From: a virus
Length of the DNA stretch: 64,000 nucleotides
Reading direction: 5' to 3' (one strand)
IMG/VR virus record: IMGVR_UViG_3300023174_000112
Span: 1 to 64,000 of that record
Shown: one piece after another, positions 1-9,966 of the stretch
How positions within the stretch are numbered: the first letter of the stretch is position 1
How the letters are laid out: every line of letters begins with the position of its first letter
The notes under the pieces: generated by a model
Databases searched by the model: none
Told to the model about the DNA's origin: nothing
The model's input: only the letters and a program-made list of their open reading frames with translations
Position numbers and translations under genes: made by a program

Positions 1-1
1 A

Positions 2-1795
2 GGTATCAAATACGCAGATGCAGTTAAACTGGGAATTTTTGCCACCAAAGATCTAGCAGACGAATACAGCAAGATAACAGAAGATCAAAAAAATGGAGGC
101 ATAGAAGGCAAAAAAGCTGCTGATGCATTGACGGATGCCAACATCAAACTGGCTCAAGCGCAACAACAAGCCATGTTGGACCTGCAGGCAGTCACAGCCA
201 AAAGCATGTTGAGTGTGACTGAGCTGTCAATTGAAATGGCCAATGCTGGCGGAGACATGGCCGAAGTCTACGATGAATTAACTCCGTTGATGCAGCAATT
301 TACTGAACTCATGAAAGAGTTAGTAAAAGAGTTGATGCCTTTGTTGATTGACGGTTTCAAACTTCTATTAAAAGCAGTCAACGCAATCATCGAACATGTC
401 AATGGCACAATTGAAGCAGGTAAAAAAGTTGCCGAAGGCGATATAAAAGGTGCTGCTGAGGCTGGTATTGGCAAGCATGCTGGAACATTGGGTGTGGGGG
501 CCGCCGGCGCTTATGCTGGCATGGCAGCCGGCGGCGCATTGGGGGTGTTAACTGGCCCGTTAGCGCCACTAATGGTTCCACTACTGACAACTTTAGGTGG
601 GGCGGCTGGTGCTTACTTGGGCGGCAAGGTGGGTGGATACCTGGGCGAGATGGGCGACAAAGATACTGTAGAACATGGTGGAGTTGCTGGACGCTTACAA
701 GGTAGAGCGTCGGGCGGACCTGTTTCATCTAAAACTCCATACATTGTGGGTGAACAAGGTCCTGAACTGTTCATGCCCAAGCATGCTGGTAATATTATCA
801 ACAATGAACAATTCATGAATAATATGACCATGCCCAAACTGCCTGACATGCCTGAAATGAGTGCTGAGTACAAAAAGATTGAATCAGGAATTCTTGGCGC
901 TTCTAAAAATTCACAGATGCTGGCGGATCAGACTCCAGAATACAAAAAAATTGATTTGGCTGTCAAAGACATTGCGGCAGACATACAAAGTATGGCCAAA
1001 TATGATGATCTGCGATCTACTACAACCAAAACATTTACAGAAAAATACACTGATTACACCAAGTCCATGTCTGACTTGCTGGATCAGGACCTGGTCAACA
1101 CAACACGATTCATGGAAGCCGGTGGAACTTCGTCGGTCAGCGGTGCTATGTCCAGTGGCGGCTACGGCAGCGGGCAAGGTATCAAATCCACCGGCAGCGG
1201 CGCACCAGGCATGACCAGCGGCGACAGCCTTCAAGGCCTAAAAATGAAAAAAGGAGATGTACAAGCCGAAGGAGCAGGTGTACATCCAAAGCTGATTGAA
1301 ATGGCCAAACAAGTGCAGGCCAATATGCCAAATTTTGCATACTTCAGTGCGTTCAACGACCAGTATCATCAGGAAAATGCACCCAGCAGTTTCCATACCA
1401 AAGGCCTGGCCATGGACTTTGCATTGAACAAAGCACCAACCAAAGAAGAAGGGCAAGCCATTGTAAAATATCTACAAAGCATAGGTGCCAGCACAGCCAT
1501 CGACGAGTACAACAATCCCAGCAGTAAAGCCACAGCAGGGCATATTCATGCTCAGATTCCCGGATTTGCCGACGGCGGCATAGCACTGGAACCTACCATT
1601 GCCATGGTAGCTGAAAAAGGTCCAGAAGTCATGATGCCATTGACCAATGACGGATTTTTGGGACAATTGAACACTGGTATCAACAGCTTATTGCCACAAC
1701 AACAACGCATGATATTATTGCTAGAAGATATCAGCCGTAGCCAAAATGCCACGGCTGTGGCCAGTGAGCGAATGGCCGCCGTGGCCAGCAACTAA
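2..1795 (+). CDS. Tape-measure-like tail protein, C-terminal part (5' truncated), with a peptidase M15/LAS-like Zn motif
   Basis: Frame is open from base 2. Helical Ala/Gly/Leu-rich region, two TMP-type motifs (RASGGPV..YIVGEQGPELFMP; FADGGI..AMVAEKGPE) and H-x6-D...HxH (SFHTKGLAMD...GHIH). Confidence 0.7.
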   Translation, partial: GIKYADAVKLGIFATKDLADEYSKITEDQKNGGIEGKKAADALTDANIKLAQAQQQAMLDLQAVTAKSMLSVTELSIEMANAGGDMAEVYDELTPLMQQFTELMKELVKELMPLLIDGFKLLLKAVNAIIEHVNGTIEAGKKVAEGDIKGAAEAGIGKHAGTLGVGAAGAYAGMAAGGALGVLTGPLAPLMVPLLTTLGGAAGAYLGGKVGGYLGEMGDKDTVEHGGVAGRLQGRASGGPVSSKTPYIVGEQGPELFMPKHAGNIINNEQFMNNMTMPKLPDMPEMSAEYKKIESGILGASKNSQMLADQTPEYKKIDLAVKDIAADIQSMAKYDDLRSTTTKTFTEKYTDYTKSMSDLLDQDLVNTTRFMEAGGTSSVSGAMSSGGYGSGQGIKSTGSGAPGMTSGDSLQGLKMKKGDVQAEGAGVHPKLIEMAKQVQANMPNFAYFSAFNDQYHQENAPSSFHTKGLAMDFALNKAPTKEEGQAIVKYLQSIGASTAIDEYNNPSSKATAGHIHAQIPGFADGGIALEPTIAMVAEKGPEVMMPLTNDGFLGQLNTGINSLLPQQQRMILLLEDISRSQNATAVASERMAAVASN

Positions 1796-1811
1796 CAATA
1801 AATAATAAATC

Positions 1812-3599
1812 ATGGCAGAACCCAAACAACCCGGCTGGCGCAAGTATTTCAAAGTAGCAGACACTTCAGGTGTGATGAGCCCTATTTCAGGCAGGAACCA
1901 GTATGGTCTTCCTGGCTACACCAAAAACGATGGCTCAGACACAGGCATGCCAGCAGACTTTGTGTTTCGAAATTATGCGTCAAGACTGCCTGAAGTTTAC
2001 TCCGGACACCCCAATCGTATTGAACGCTATAATCAGTACGAAAACATGGACATGGATTCAGAGATTAATGCTTGTTTGGACATCATTGCTGAGTTCAGCA
2101 CACAGATGAACGAACAAAACGGCACGCCGTTCCTGGTTGATTATGCAGACAAGCCTACTGACAATGAAGTCAGCATCATCAAGAAACAACTGCAACAGTG
2201 GATCAAGCTCAACAAGTTAGACCAGCGTATTTTCAAACTTTTTCGCAATACCATCAAGTATGGTGATCAGGTGTTTGTGCGTGATCCAGAAACATTTGAA
2301 ATGATGTGGGTGGACATGAGCAAATTGGCCCGTGTGATTGTAAACGAATCAGAAGGCAAGCGTCCTGAGCAGTATGTGATCCGCGACATCAACCCCAACT
2401 TTCAAAACATGACTGTGGCAGCAAAAACCACCACAGACTACATGACCAACCCTGTGACAGGTTCAATCTCGGGCAATGCCAACTATACCATGCCCAATGG
2501 CGGCACTGGTGGCGGTGTGGGCAACAGCAGATTTATGACTGCCATGAACGAAGTTTGCTTGGATGCCAAGCACGTGGTACACATCAGCTTGAACGAAGGC
2601 TTAGACGTGTTTTGGCCATTTGGACGTAGCATACTAGAACAGATTTACAAAGTATTCAAGCAAAAAGAACTGCTGGAAGATGCTATTTTAATCTATCGTG
2701 TGAGCCGTGCTCCAGAACGCAGGATTTTCAAAATTGACGTGGGCAACATGCCCAGCCACTTGGCCATGGCCTTTGTGGAACGTGTGAAGAATGAAATGTA
2801 TCAGCGGCGAATTCCCACCATGACTGGCGGCGGCCAAAACATGATGGATGCGTCATACAATCCACTCAGCACCAACGAAGACTACTTCTTTCCCCAAGGT
2901 CAAGACGGACGTGGCTCATCAGTAGAAACACTTCCTGGCGGGCAGAACCTAGGCGAAATTGACGATTTGAAATACTTCAACAACAAAATGGCTCGTGGTT
3001 TGCGTGTACCGTCAAGCTATTTGCCCACTGGTCCTGACGATTCAGACCGTGCCATGAGCGACGGCAAAGTAGGCACAGCCTTGATCCAAGAGTACAGATT
3101 CAACCAGTATTGCGAGCGTTTGCAAGCATTGATTGTGCAAAAGTTAGACGACGAATTCAAGATGTTTATGAAATGGCGTGGGTTTAACATAGACTCTAGC
3201 CTGTTCTCTTTGAAGTTTAATGCACCTCAAAACTTTGCAAGCTATCGTCAAAGCGAGCTGGATACCACACGTATCACTGCATTTGCACAGTTAGAACCGC
3301 TGCCTTACTTGAGCAAACGCTTTTTGTTGCAACGATACTTGGGCTTGACCGAAGAAGAAATTGCAGAAAACGAAGAAATGTGGCGTGAAGAACGTGATGA
3401 GCCTGAACTGGAAACCAATGCAGGACAAGACATGCGTAGTATTGGTATCACGCCCGGTGGCTTGGAAGCAGACATCGAAACAGGCGAAGCAGTGGCTGGT
3501 ATGCAACCTGCTGGCGCCGGTACACCACCAGGCGGGCCTCCGGCTGCTGCACCTCCTGCACCTGCTGGTGGAGCCGCACCTGCACTCGGTGCAGTATAA
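1812..3599 (+). CDS. gp20: Portal protein (T4 gp20-like)
   Basis: LLEDAILIYRVSRAPERRIFKIDVGNMP and EDYFFP..GRGSSVETLPGGQNLGEIDD motifs; sits upstream of protease, scaffold and capsid genes. Confidence 0.95.
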   Translation: MAEPKQPGWRKYFKVADTSGVMSPISGRNQYGLPGYTKNDGSDTGMPADFVFRNYASRLPEVYSGHPNRIERYNQYENMDMDSEINACLDIIAEFSTQMNEQNGTPFLVDYADKPTDNEVSIIKKQLQQWIKLNKLDQRIFKLFRNTIKYGDQVFVRDPETFEMMWVDMSKLARVIVNESEGKRPEQYVIRDINPNFQNMTVAAKTTTDYMTNPVTGSISGNANYTMPNGGTGGGVGNSRFMTAMNEVCLDAKHVVHISLNEGLDVFWPFGRSILEQIYKVFKQKELLEDAILIYRVSRAPERRIFKIDVGNMPSHLAMAFVERVKNEMYQRRIPTMTGGGQNMMDASYNPLSTNEDYFFPQGQDGRGSSVETLPGGQNLGEIDDLKYFNNKMARGLRVPSSYLPTGPDDSDRAMSDGKVGTALIQEYRFNQYCERLQALIVQKLDDEFKMFMKWRGFNIDSSLFSLKFNAPQNFASYRQSELDTTRITAFAQLEPLPYLSKRFLLQRYLGLTEEEIAENEEMWREERDEPELETNAGQDMRSIGITPGGLEADIETGEAVAGMQPAGAGTPPGGPPAAAPPAPAGGAAPALGAV

Positions 3600-3607
3600 A
3601 TACACTC

Positions 3608-3826
3608 ATGCTGTTAAACGAATTTTTTCACAAAAGTCCTGATGCCTATCAGGATGTGTCGCAAGACAATAGTCAGGTGCAACTCAGCGACTTGCGTAAA
3701 ACTCGTCTCACACTGCGTCAGTTAAACAAACTGCGCAAAATGAATGATGTGAGAACTTATGAGTTCAAGGAAAAACTCAAACTAGTTCGCAAACAATACG
3801 CACCACCTCCTGCCCCACCAGTTTAA
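3608..3826 (+). CDS. Small basic protein, putative prohead core component
   Basis: 72-aa ORF between portal and core genes; TAAATA lies 5 nt upstream of the ATG; N-terminus MLLNEF. Confidence 0.65.
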   Translation: MLLNEFFHKSPDAYQDVSQDNSQVQLSDLRKTRLTLRQLNKLRKMNDVRTYEFKEKLKLVRKQYAPPPAPPV

Positions 3827-3935
3827 CGCTACTGTAATAAAACTAGACATTTATACCTAGTTTTCACCTCTTAAACCTGGTGTTTTTCTCCTACATCGTA
3901 AATAACAGCACACTTTACCTATAGGAGTTTCCCAT

Positions 3936-4763
3936 ATGAACCGTTTTGAACAATTGATTGAATATGTAATCAATGACGAAGAGGCGAAAGCCCGCGAACT
4001 TTTCCACGACATCGTTGTGGAAAAAAGCCGTCAGATCTATGAAAATATCATGGCTGAAGAAGCCCAAGAAGAGCTAGACGAAGCTGAAGACATCGAAGAA
4101 GCCGACATGGGTGGCGATGCCGCCGACAGCCTAATCGACGACGTGGAAATGGAAGAGGAATCTGACATGAACATGGAAAGCGAAGAAGACGAAGCTGACG
4201 TAGAATTTGACAACGACGCCGAAGAAGCTGGCGACGACTTAACACACGATTTGGAAGCCGGTCACGATGGTGAAGAAGCAGCTACCAAAGACGACATTAT
4301 GAATTTAGAAGACAAACTGGACCAGTTGATGGCTGAGTTTGAAGACCTCATGGGCGGTGACGACATGGGCGACGGCGACGGCTTTGGTCCTGACGAAGGC
4401 GGCGACGCTATTGAAATGGACGACACTGACGAAATGGAACCAGGCATGATGGAAGCTGTGAATTTAAAAGCAGCCCCAAAGCCAGTTACCAGTGAAGAAG
4501 GCGGCGTAAACAAGAAGTCTACCTATGCAGCCAACAGCGGACAAGCAGGCATGGCCAGCCGTCCAGTACACACTGGTGCCAGCGAAGGTGGACATCATGA
4601 CACATCTGCTTACAGCATGAACACCAAAGAATTGATTGGCAAAGTTGGCAACACACCTGCACAAGGCACACAAAAGCCTTCAGCAGCACCAAAGCCTAAA
4701 ATGGGCGACAACAGCGCAGGTCAAAACAACAAGAGCCCACTCCCTAGCGGACGTAAGGGTTAA
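3936..4763 (+). CDS. Highly acidic prohead core/scaffold-like protein
   Basis: Asp/Glu-rich; lies between portal and protease, like T4 gp67/68; SD GGAG upstream. Confidence 0.65.
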   Translation: MNRFEQLIEYVINDEEAKARELFHDIVVEKSRQIYENIMAEEAQEELDEAEDIEEADMGGDAADSLIDDVEMEEESDMNMESEEDEADVEFDNDAEEAGDDLTHDLEAGHDGEEAATKDDIMNLEDKLDQLMAEFEDLMGGDDMGDGDGFGPDEGGDAIEMDDTDEMEPGMMEAVNLKAAPKPVTSEEGGVNKKSTYAANSGQAGMASRPVHTGASEGGHHDTSAYSMNTKELIGKVGNTPAQGTQKPSAAPKPKMGDNSAGQNNKSPLPSGRKG

Positions 4764-4767
4764 TTAG

Positions 4768-5406
4768 ATGTCATCTAGATACCTAAGAGAAGATTTAACT
4801 TTTAGCCAGGCCAACATTCGAGTCTTAGAAGAGTCGGATGTGTCTGGCAAAAAGCATCTCTACCTTGAAGGCATTTGTATTGAAGGCGACAAGCGCAATG
4901 CAAATGAACGTATCTATCCGCGACACGAAATTATCAAGGCAGTTGAAACCATTAACGAACAGATACTGAAAGGTAACTCCGTTTTAGGTGAAGTGGACCA
5001 TCCAGATGATTTAAAAATCAATTTGGATCGAGTTTGCCACACAGTGGAAAAAATGTGGATGGACCAACATGCCGGTTGCGGCAAGTTGAAAATCCTGCCA
5101 ACTCCCATGGGAGAATTGATTAAAACGCTGATCACATCAGGTGTAAAACTTGGCGTCAGCAGTCGTGGCAGCGGTAACGTAGACGACAGAACAGGACATG
5201 TAAGTGACTTTGAAATTGTCACTATAGATGTGGTTGCACAACCCAGCGCACCCAATGCTTATCCAACAGCAATTTATGAAGGTCTCATGAACATGAAGCA
5301 CGGTCATAAGCTGATGGAGATGGCTCGGGAATCTGGTGAAGGCGACAAAGTACAGAGATACCTAAAGAATGAAGTTAAAAGACTCATTCGGGATCTCAAA
5401 ATCTAA
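4768..5406 (+). CDS. gp21: Prohead core protease (T4 gp21-like)
   Basis: NANERIYP, LGEVDHP, GVSSRGSG and DVVAQPSAPNA motifs. Confidence 0.95.
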   Translation: MSSRYLREDLTFSQANIRVLEESDVSGKKHLYLEGICIEGDKRNANERIYPRHEIIKAVETINEQILKGNSVLGEVDHPDDLKINLDRVCHTVEKMWMDQHAGCGKLKILPTPMGELIKTLITSGVKLGVSSRGSGNVDDRTGHVSDFEIVTIDVVAQPSAPNAYPTAIYEGLMNMKHGHKLMEMARESGEGDKVQRYLKNEVKRLIRDLKI

Positions 5407-5418
5407 GGAGAACCAGGC

Positions 5419-6507
5419 ATGTTTGATGCAATTAAACCCTTGCTTGATAGTGGCCTAATTAACGAAGACGTTAGTCAAGAACTCAACGAAGCTTGGGAAT
5501 CAAAACTAAACGAAGCCCGTGAACAGGTACGTGGAGAACTCAGAGAAGAGTTCGCACAACGCTACGAGCATGACAAGACAGTAATGGTAGAAGCCCTAGA
5601 CAAGATGGTAACAGAAGGTTTGGCCGCAGAAATTGCGCAAGTGGCTGCTGAGAAGCAAGCACTTGCGGAAGATCGCGTCAAGTTTCAAGGCAAGATGAAA
5701 GAATCAGCACAGAAGTTTAACGGCTTCTTGGTTAGCAAACTTGCAGAAGAAATTGGCGAATTGCGCAAAGACCGTAAAATGCACACTGAAGGAGTTGCAA
5801 AACTCGAAAACTTTGTGGTGCAAGCATTGGCACGTGAAATCACAGAATTCGCCAAAGACAAACGCGATGTCGTAGAGACAAAGGTGCGTCTGGTACGTGA
5901 AGCACGTGGCAAACTTGAATCGTTGAAGAGCCGTTTCGTAAAAGAATCAGCTGAGAAAATGAGTCAAGCTGTTAGCCGTCATCTCAAGGCTGAGTTGAAT
6001 CAGTTACAAGAAGACATCAAAGTTGCTCGTGAGAACAACTTTGGTCGCAGAATCTTTGAAGCGTATGCAGCAGAGTTCGGAGCCACTCATTTGAATGAGA
6101 AGGCAGAAGTCCGTAAACTGTATGATGTTATTGCTGAGAAGGATCAGAAATTGCGTAAAGCAATCGACATTACCCGTACTGCAAAGGCCGTGGTAGAGTC
6201 AAAAGAACGTGAACTGCGTATAATCAAAGAATCCAACGAGCGTGAAAGCACAATGGATGAATTGCTACGTCCCTTAAACAAGGAAAAGCAAGAAGTTATG
6301 CGTAATTTACTCGAAAGCGTTCAAACACCCCGTTTGAAAAATGCTTTTGAAAAGTATCTACCAGCAGTGTTGGAAGACAAATCTGTAAAAGCCCGTAAAG
6401 TAATTGCAGAATCTGTTACCTCAGTAACTGGTGATAAAACTACTGTTCCCAGTGTGTCGGAAGATCGCAGCAACGTGATTGACCTCAAGCGCCTGGCAGG
6501 TCTTTAA
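5419..6507 (+). CDS. gp22: Prohead scaffolding protein (T4 gp22-like)
   Basis: Coiled-coil, Glu/Lys/Ala-rich; lies between protease and capsid genes; SD AAGGAG. Confidence 0.85.
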   Translation: MFDAIKPLLDSGLINEDVSQELNEAWESKLNEAREQVRGELREEFAQRYEHDKTVMVEALDKMVTEGLAAEIAQVAAEKQALAEDRVKFQGKMKESAQKFNGFLVSKLAEEIGELRKDRKMHTEGVAKLENFVVQALAREITEFAKDKRDVVETKVRLVREARGKLESLKSRFVKESAEKMSQAVSRHLKAELNQLQEDIKVARENNFGRRIFEAYAAEFGATHLNEKAEVRKLYDVIAEKDQKLRKAIDITRTAKAVVESKERELRIIKESNERESTMDELLRPLNKEKQEVMRNLLESVQTPRLKNAFEKYLPAVLEDKSVKARKVIAESVTSVTGDKTTVPSVSEDRSNVIDLKRLAGL

Positions 6508-6526
6508 TCTTAACAAGGAGACTTAA

Positions 6527-7723
6527 ATGTCACAAGAACTATTAGAAAGTCGTTGGGGCGAAACCAAAGAGGCACTGTTAGAAGGTCTTAATGGAACCAA
6601 ACGCAATAGCATGAGCGTTATCCTAGAAAATACTCGTCGCTATTTGAAAGAGAATGCAAGTGCAGGTTCAACTGCATCTGGTAACATTGCCACACTTAAC
6701 CGTGTGATTCTGCCAGTGATTCGTCGTGTTATGCCTACCGTTATTGCTAACGAGTTGGTTGGCGTTCAGCCCATGACTGGTCCTGTTGGTCAAATCCACA
6801 CCCTGCGTGTGCGTTATGCCCAAAGTTTGACAGACACTTCTGCAGCCGCTACTAGCGTCGCAGCTGGTGAAGAAGCATTGAGCCCATTCAAAATTGCTCA
6901 AGCATATTCTACTGTGCCACAAGCTACAACAACTGCTACCAACTACACTGGTAACAACACAGCTACCATGGAAGGTACTGGCGGTAAGCAAATTTCCGTT
7001 CAAATCCTGAAACAAGCTGTTGAAGCTCGCACACGTAAGTTGCAAGCTCGCTGGACATTTGAATCTGCACAAGACGCACAAGCCATGCATGGCATTGACG
7101 TTGAAGCAGAAATTATGGCAGCATTGGCTCAAGAGATTACAGCTGAGATCGACCAAGAGATTCTCTTGTCATTGCGCTCACTGGCCTCTACTGAGTTCAC
7201 ATACAACCAAGCTACCGTTTCTGGTACAGCAACATTCGTTGGTGACGAACACGCCGCTTTGGCCGTGTTGGTTAACCGCGTTGCTAACTTGATTGCTCAA
7301 CGCACACGTCGTGGCGCTGGTAACTACGCTGTGGTTAGTTCAGCCGCCTTGACAGTGTTGCAATCTGCAACTACTTCTGCTTTTGCTCGCACTACAGAAG
7401 GTACATTTGAAGCACCTACCAACACCAAGTTTGTTGGTACATTGAACGGTTCTATGCGTGTTTTCGTTGACAGCTATGCCAGCGATACACAATCAGTACT
7501 GGTTGGTTACAAAGGTTCTTCAGAAGCAGACGCACCAGCATTCTACTGCCCATACATCCCATTGATGTCTTCAGGCGTTGTGTTGGATCCAAGCACATTC
7601 GAACCAGTCGTGTCATTCATGACACGTTATGGTTACATCGAACTGACAAACACTGCATCTAGCTTCGGCAATGCTGGTGACTATGTTGGTGAGATCGCTG
7701 TGTCTAACCTTTCATTCTCCTAA
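6527..7723 (+). CDS. gp23: Major capsid protein (T4 gp23-like)
   Basis: VGVQPMTGPVGQI, RKLQARWTFESAQD, EITAEIDQE, FYCPYIPL and MTRYG motifs. Confidence 0.97.
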   Translation: MSQELLESRWGETKEALLEGLNGTKRNSMSVILENTRRYLKENASAGSTASGNIATLNRVILPVIRRVMPTVIANELVGVQPMTGPVGQIHTLRVRYAQSLTDTSAAATSVAAGEEALSPFKIAQAYSTVPQATTTATNYTGNNTATMEGTGGKQISVQILKQAVEARTRKLQARWTFESAQDAQAMHGIDVEAEIMAALAQEITAEIDQEILLSLRSLASTEFTYNQATVSGTATFVGDEHAALAVLVNRVANLIAQRTRRGAGNYAVVSSAALTVLQSATTSAFARTTEGTFEAPTNTKFVGTLNGSMRVFVDSYASDTQSVLVGYKGSSEADAPAFYCPYIPLMSSGVVLDPSTFEPVVSFMTRYGYIELTNTASSFGNAGDYVGEIAVSNLSFS

Positions 7724-7752
7724 TCAGAGAATCCAACCCAGGGATGGGAAGG

Positions 7753-7784
7753 AACAAAAAAGCACCCTCGGGTGCTTTTTTGTT
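7753..7784. terminator. Bidirectional intrinsic terminator
   Basis: AACAAAAAAGCACCC-TC-GGGTGCTTTTTTGTT inverted repeat between the convergent capsid and glycosyltransferase genes. Confidence 0.9.
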
Positions 7785-7786
7785 GG

Positions 7787-8935
7787 CTATACTTTGAACC
7801 ACGTTAGATATTGCTCTATCTTCTTGGTCACACTGGTCCAGTCATCCTGTGCAGGCTGTCGGAATATTCTCATGCTGCTGTACCAAGGACTGCTATCGCG
7901 ATTCAACATCCAACGCCAGCATGGTGCAAACCAATTCAACATCAACCAAGTGGGTCTGCCCAGAGCCGCACTCAAATGTGCAATGCTTGTGTCCACACTC
8001 AACACCACGTCCATGTGTGCAATCAATGCCGCAGTGTCAGCAAAATTTCTGATAGTGCCAGGATAGCGTGTGACTCCCAGTGCAGCCAATACAGAATCTT
8101 CTTCAGCGCTGGCATCTACTTGTAAATTAACCCATTCGTACGTGGGATTGTTTTTTATCAACTCCATCATCTTATCAAACGGCATGCCCTTGTGTGTGTT
8201 GAGCCAGTTGTCTTTGCGACCACTCCAACAAAATCCCACTCGCATGCGTTTTTTTGGACCTAGGCGTTCTTGCCATTGTTGAAACAAGTCTTGATGTGCA
8301 TTCAAGTAGCTGACCTGCTTGGGCAAGTTTTCCGTGGTTACACCCAATATACCAGGCAAGCTCATGATGGGAATCCAGTAATCAAACTCAGGAGGGGTAT
8401 CAACATATCTGCCCACCCAATCGACCACGTTGCTGCCTGACAGCATGGGAATCAATCCATCTGTGACCTGAAACAATACTCGTGCTCCGGCGGCGTGCAA
8501 GTTGAACAAGAATCGCATGAATTGAATGTTGTCTCCATGCCCTTGTTCACCTATGACCAAAATAGTTTTGTCTCGGAGATCTTGCCCGGCCCAACGAGGC
8601 TGAGCAAATTGTGGTTGGGTGCCTGCTAGGTGTTCGTAATTCCAACGACATTCGTAGGCAGGCCAACCACGAGCATAGTCGCCCTGAATCAGATAACTCA
8701 CAGCCAGGTTGAATTGTGCTGTGGGATTGTCAGGTTGCAACACCAAGGCATGTTGTAGAAATGGTATGGCTCGTTGTGGCTGACCAATTTCACGCAACAC
8801 ATTGCCGTAGTTGTTGAACGCCGACGCTGAGTCAGGATCGTCAACAAATGCCTGTGCATAACATTTAAGAGCTGCCACTGGTTGTCGGTCAGCTCTGAGT
8901 TGATTGCCTTGTTCAATTAGTTCAGATGAATTCAT
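7787..8935 (-). CDS. TPR-repeat protein fused to a GT-B (GT9-like) glycosyltransferase domain
   Basis: N-terminal TPRs (AFNNYGNVL, AQFNLAVSYL), then EQGHGDNIQF and MDVVLSVDTSIAHLSAALGRPTW motifs. Confidence 0.85.
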   Translation of the reverse strand: MNSSELIEQGNQLRADRQPVAALKCYAQAFVDDPDSASAFNNYGNVLREIGQPQRAIPFLQHALVLQPDNPTAQFNLAVSYLIQGDYARGWPAYECRWNYEHLAGTQPQFAQPRWAGQDLRDKTILVIGEQGHGDNIQFMRFLFNLHAAGARVLFQVTDGLIPMLSGSNVVDWVGRYVDTPPEFDYWIPIMSLPGILGVTTENLPKQVSYLNAHQDLFQQWQERLGPKKRMRVGFCWSGRKDNWLNTHKGMPFDKMMELIKNNPTYEWVNLQVDASAEEDSVLAALGVTRYPGTIRNFADTAALIAHMDVVLSVDTSIAHLSAALGRPTWLMLNWFAPCWRWMLNRDSSPWYSSMRIFRQPAQDDWTSVTKKIEQYLTWFKV

Positions 8936-8983
8936 GAGATATTTACAGTATATACAGGGTGGTTAATTATTTTAACAGGTCCA

Positions 8984-8989
8984 TAAATA
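8984..8989 (+). promoter_or_regulatory. T4-late-type promoter motif TAAATA, divergent from a second copy at 8940-8945 on the minus strand
   Basis: Matches the core of the T4 late promoter TATAAATA; the same motif recurs upstream of about 20 late genes in the window. Confidence 0.7.
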
Positions 8990-8990
8990 A

Positions 8991-9060
8991 AAGTCAACGC
9001 AATTCTGCGTTTTATGCGGCGTTAACCCACCGCGTAGCGACTAGAACTCGCATCGGGCTT
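8991..9060 (+). ncRNA. Candidate structured cis-regulatory leader RNA (four-way junction)
   Basis: Closing stem AAGTC/GGCTT encloses three hairpins (AACGCA/TGCGTT, TATGCGG/CCGCGTA, GCGA/TCGC); lies between a late promoter and the SD at 9065-9070. Confidence 0.55.
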
Positions 9061-9078
9061 CTTTAAGGAGAAATACAA

Positions 9079-9918
9079 ATGGGAAGAGCTCTCAAAATTC
9101 AAAAAAACAACGTTGGTTCAGGAACCACCGTCACTGGATCACCCCCAGTTACCTCATACAATCAAACCATTCTCACAGATGCTGCTTACCCACCGTTTTC
9201 AGCATTGACCAATCCGGTGTACAATTCACCAGTTCAGACACTTGACAGTGCTCAGTTTTTGGGAGTGGTTGGTGGATCACCAGCTACTAGCACACCTACT
9301 GCTACCTATCCTGAAATTTCTGCATTGGTCAACATTACCTTGGCCGACGGTTCAGACAGCTACACCGCCACAAGTTCATACACAGGTCGTATCATACGCC
9401 AAAAAGGTTCACACAAGTTCCTGGTTGCAGCCACTGGCGCAACCATTGCTGACGAAGATATGATCGTGGGACAAGCCTATCAAATTGCTGTGCTTGGAAC
9501 AACCAATTGGCAAGCCTGTGGTGCACCAGCTGGTGCCGCGTTGGGCGATGTGTTTACTTGCACAGCAGATGCTGGTGCAGGCACAGGCGAAGTTTATGCA
9601 GTTGGACAATGTGTGTTGTCAAACACTGCTACTCCAGCAACTGGCTACATGAGTATTCTATATTCAGTGGGCGACAGCGCCGCTGTGTATGCCAGCTACA
9701 TCACCAACAAGTGGGTGCGTGACTGGAACGGTATGACATATCAAAACTATTCTCCTACCAACTACGGTGTCAACATTCAAAGCAGCGAAAACTTCTATGT
9801 TACCAACTTCTTCACAGACGAAGGCACAGTTACATGGTCTGGTGCAGAAGTTATCAACAGTGCTTACGCACAAAATGGTACACTGCAATTGGCTCAGATC
9901 GCCAGCGTTACTTCTTAA
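9079..9918 (+). CDS. Putative virion structural protein of unknown function
   Basis: Strong SD, late promoter and own terminator; Thr/Ser/Gly/Ala-rich; IIRQKGSHKFLV motif. Confidence 0.6.
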   Translation: MGRALKIQKNNVGSGTTVTGSPPVTSYNQTILTDAAYPPFSALTNPVYNSPVQTLDSAQFLGVVGGSPATSTPTATYPEISALVNITLADGSDSYTATSSYTGRIIRQKGSHKFLVAATGATIADEDMIVGQAYQIAVLGTTNWQACGAPAGAALGDVFTCTADAGAGTGEVYAVGQCVLSNTATPATGYMSILYSVGDSAAVYASYITNKWVRDWNGMTYQNYSPTNYGVNIQSSENFYVTNFFTDEGTVTWSGAEVINSAYAQNGTLQLAQIASVTS

Positions 9919-9935
9919 TTTGTTGAGTAACCCAG

Positions 9936-9966
9936 TCCTCCCAGCTACATACTGGGAGGATTTTTT
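9936..9966 (+). terminator. Intrinsic terminator that sequesters the SD of the next gene
   Basis: TCCTCCCAG-ctacata-CTGGGAGGA followed by T6, directly before the ATG at 9967. Confidence 0.8.

Noticed and set aside
8991-9060. tRNA gene
   Set aside because: It is cloverleaf-like but has no 7-bp acceptor stem, no GTTC T-loop and no CCA end.
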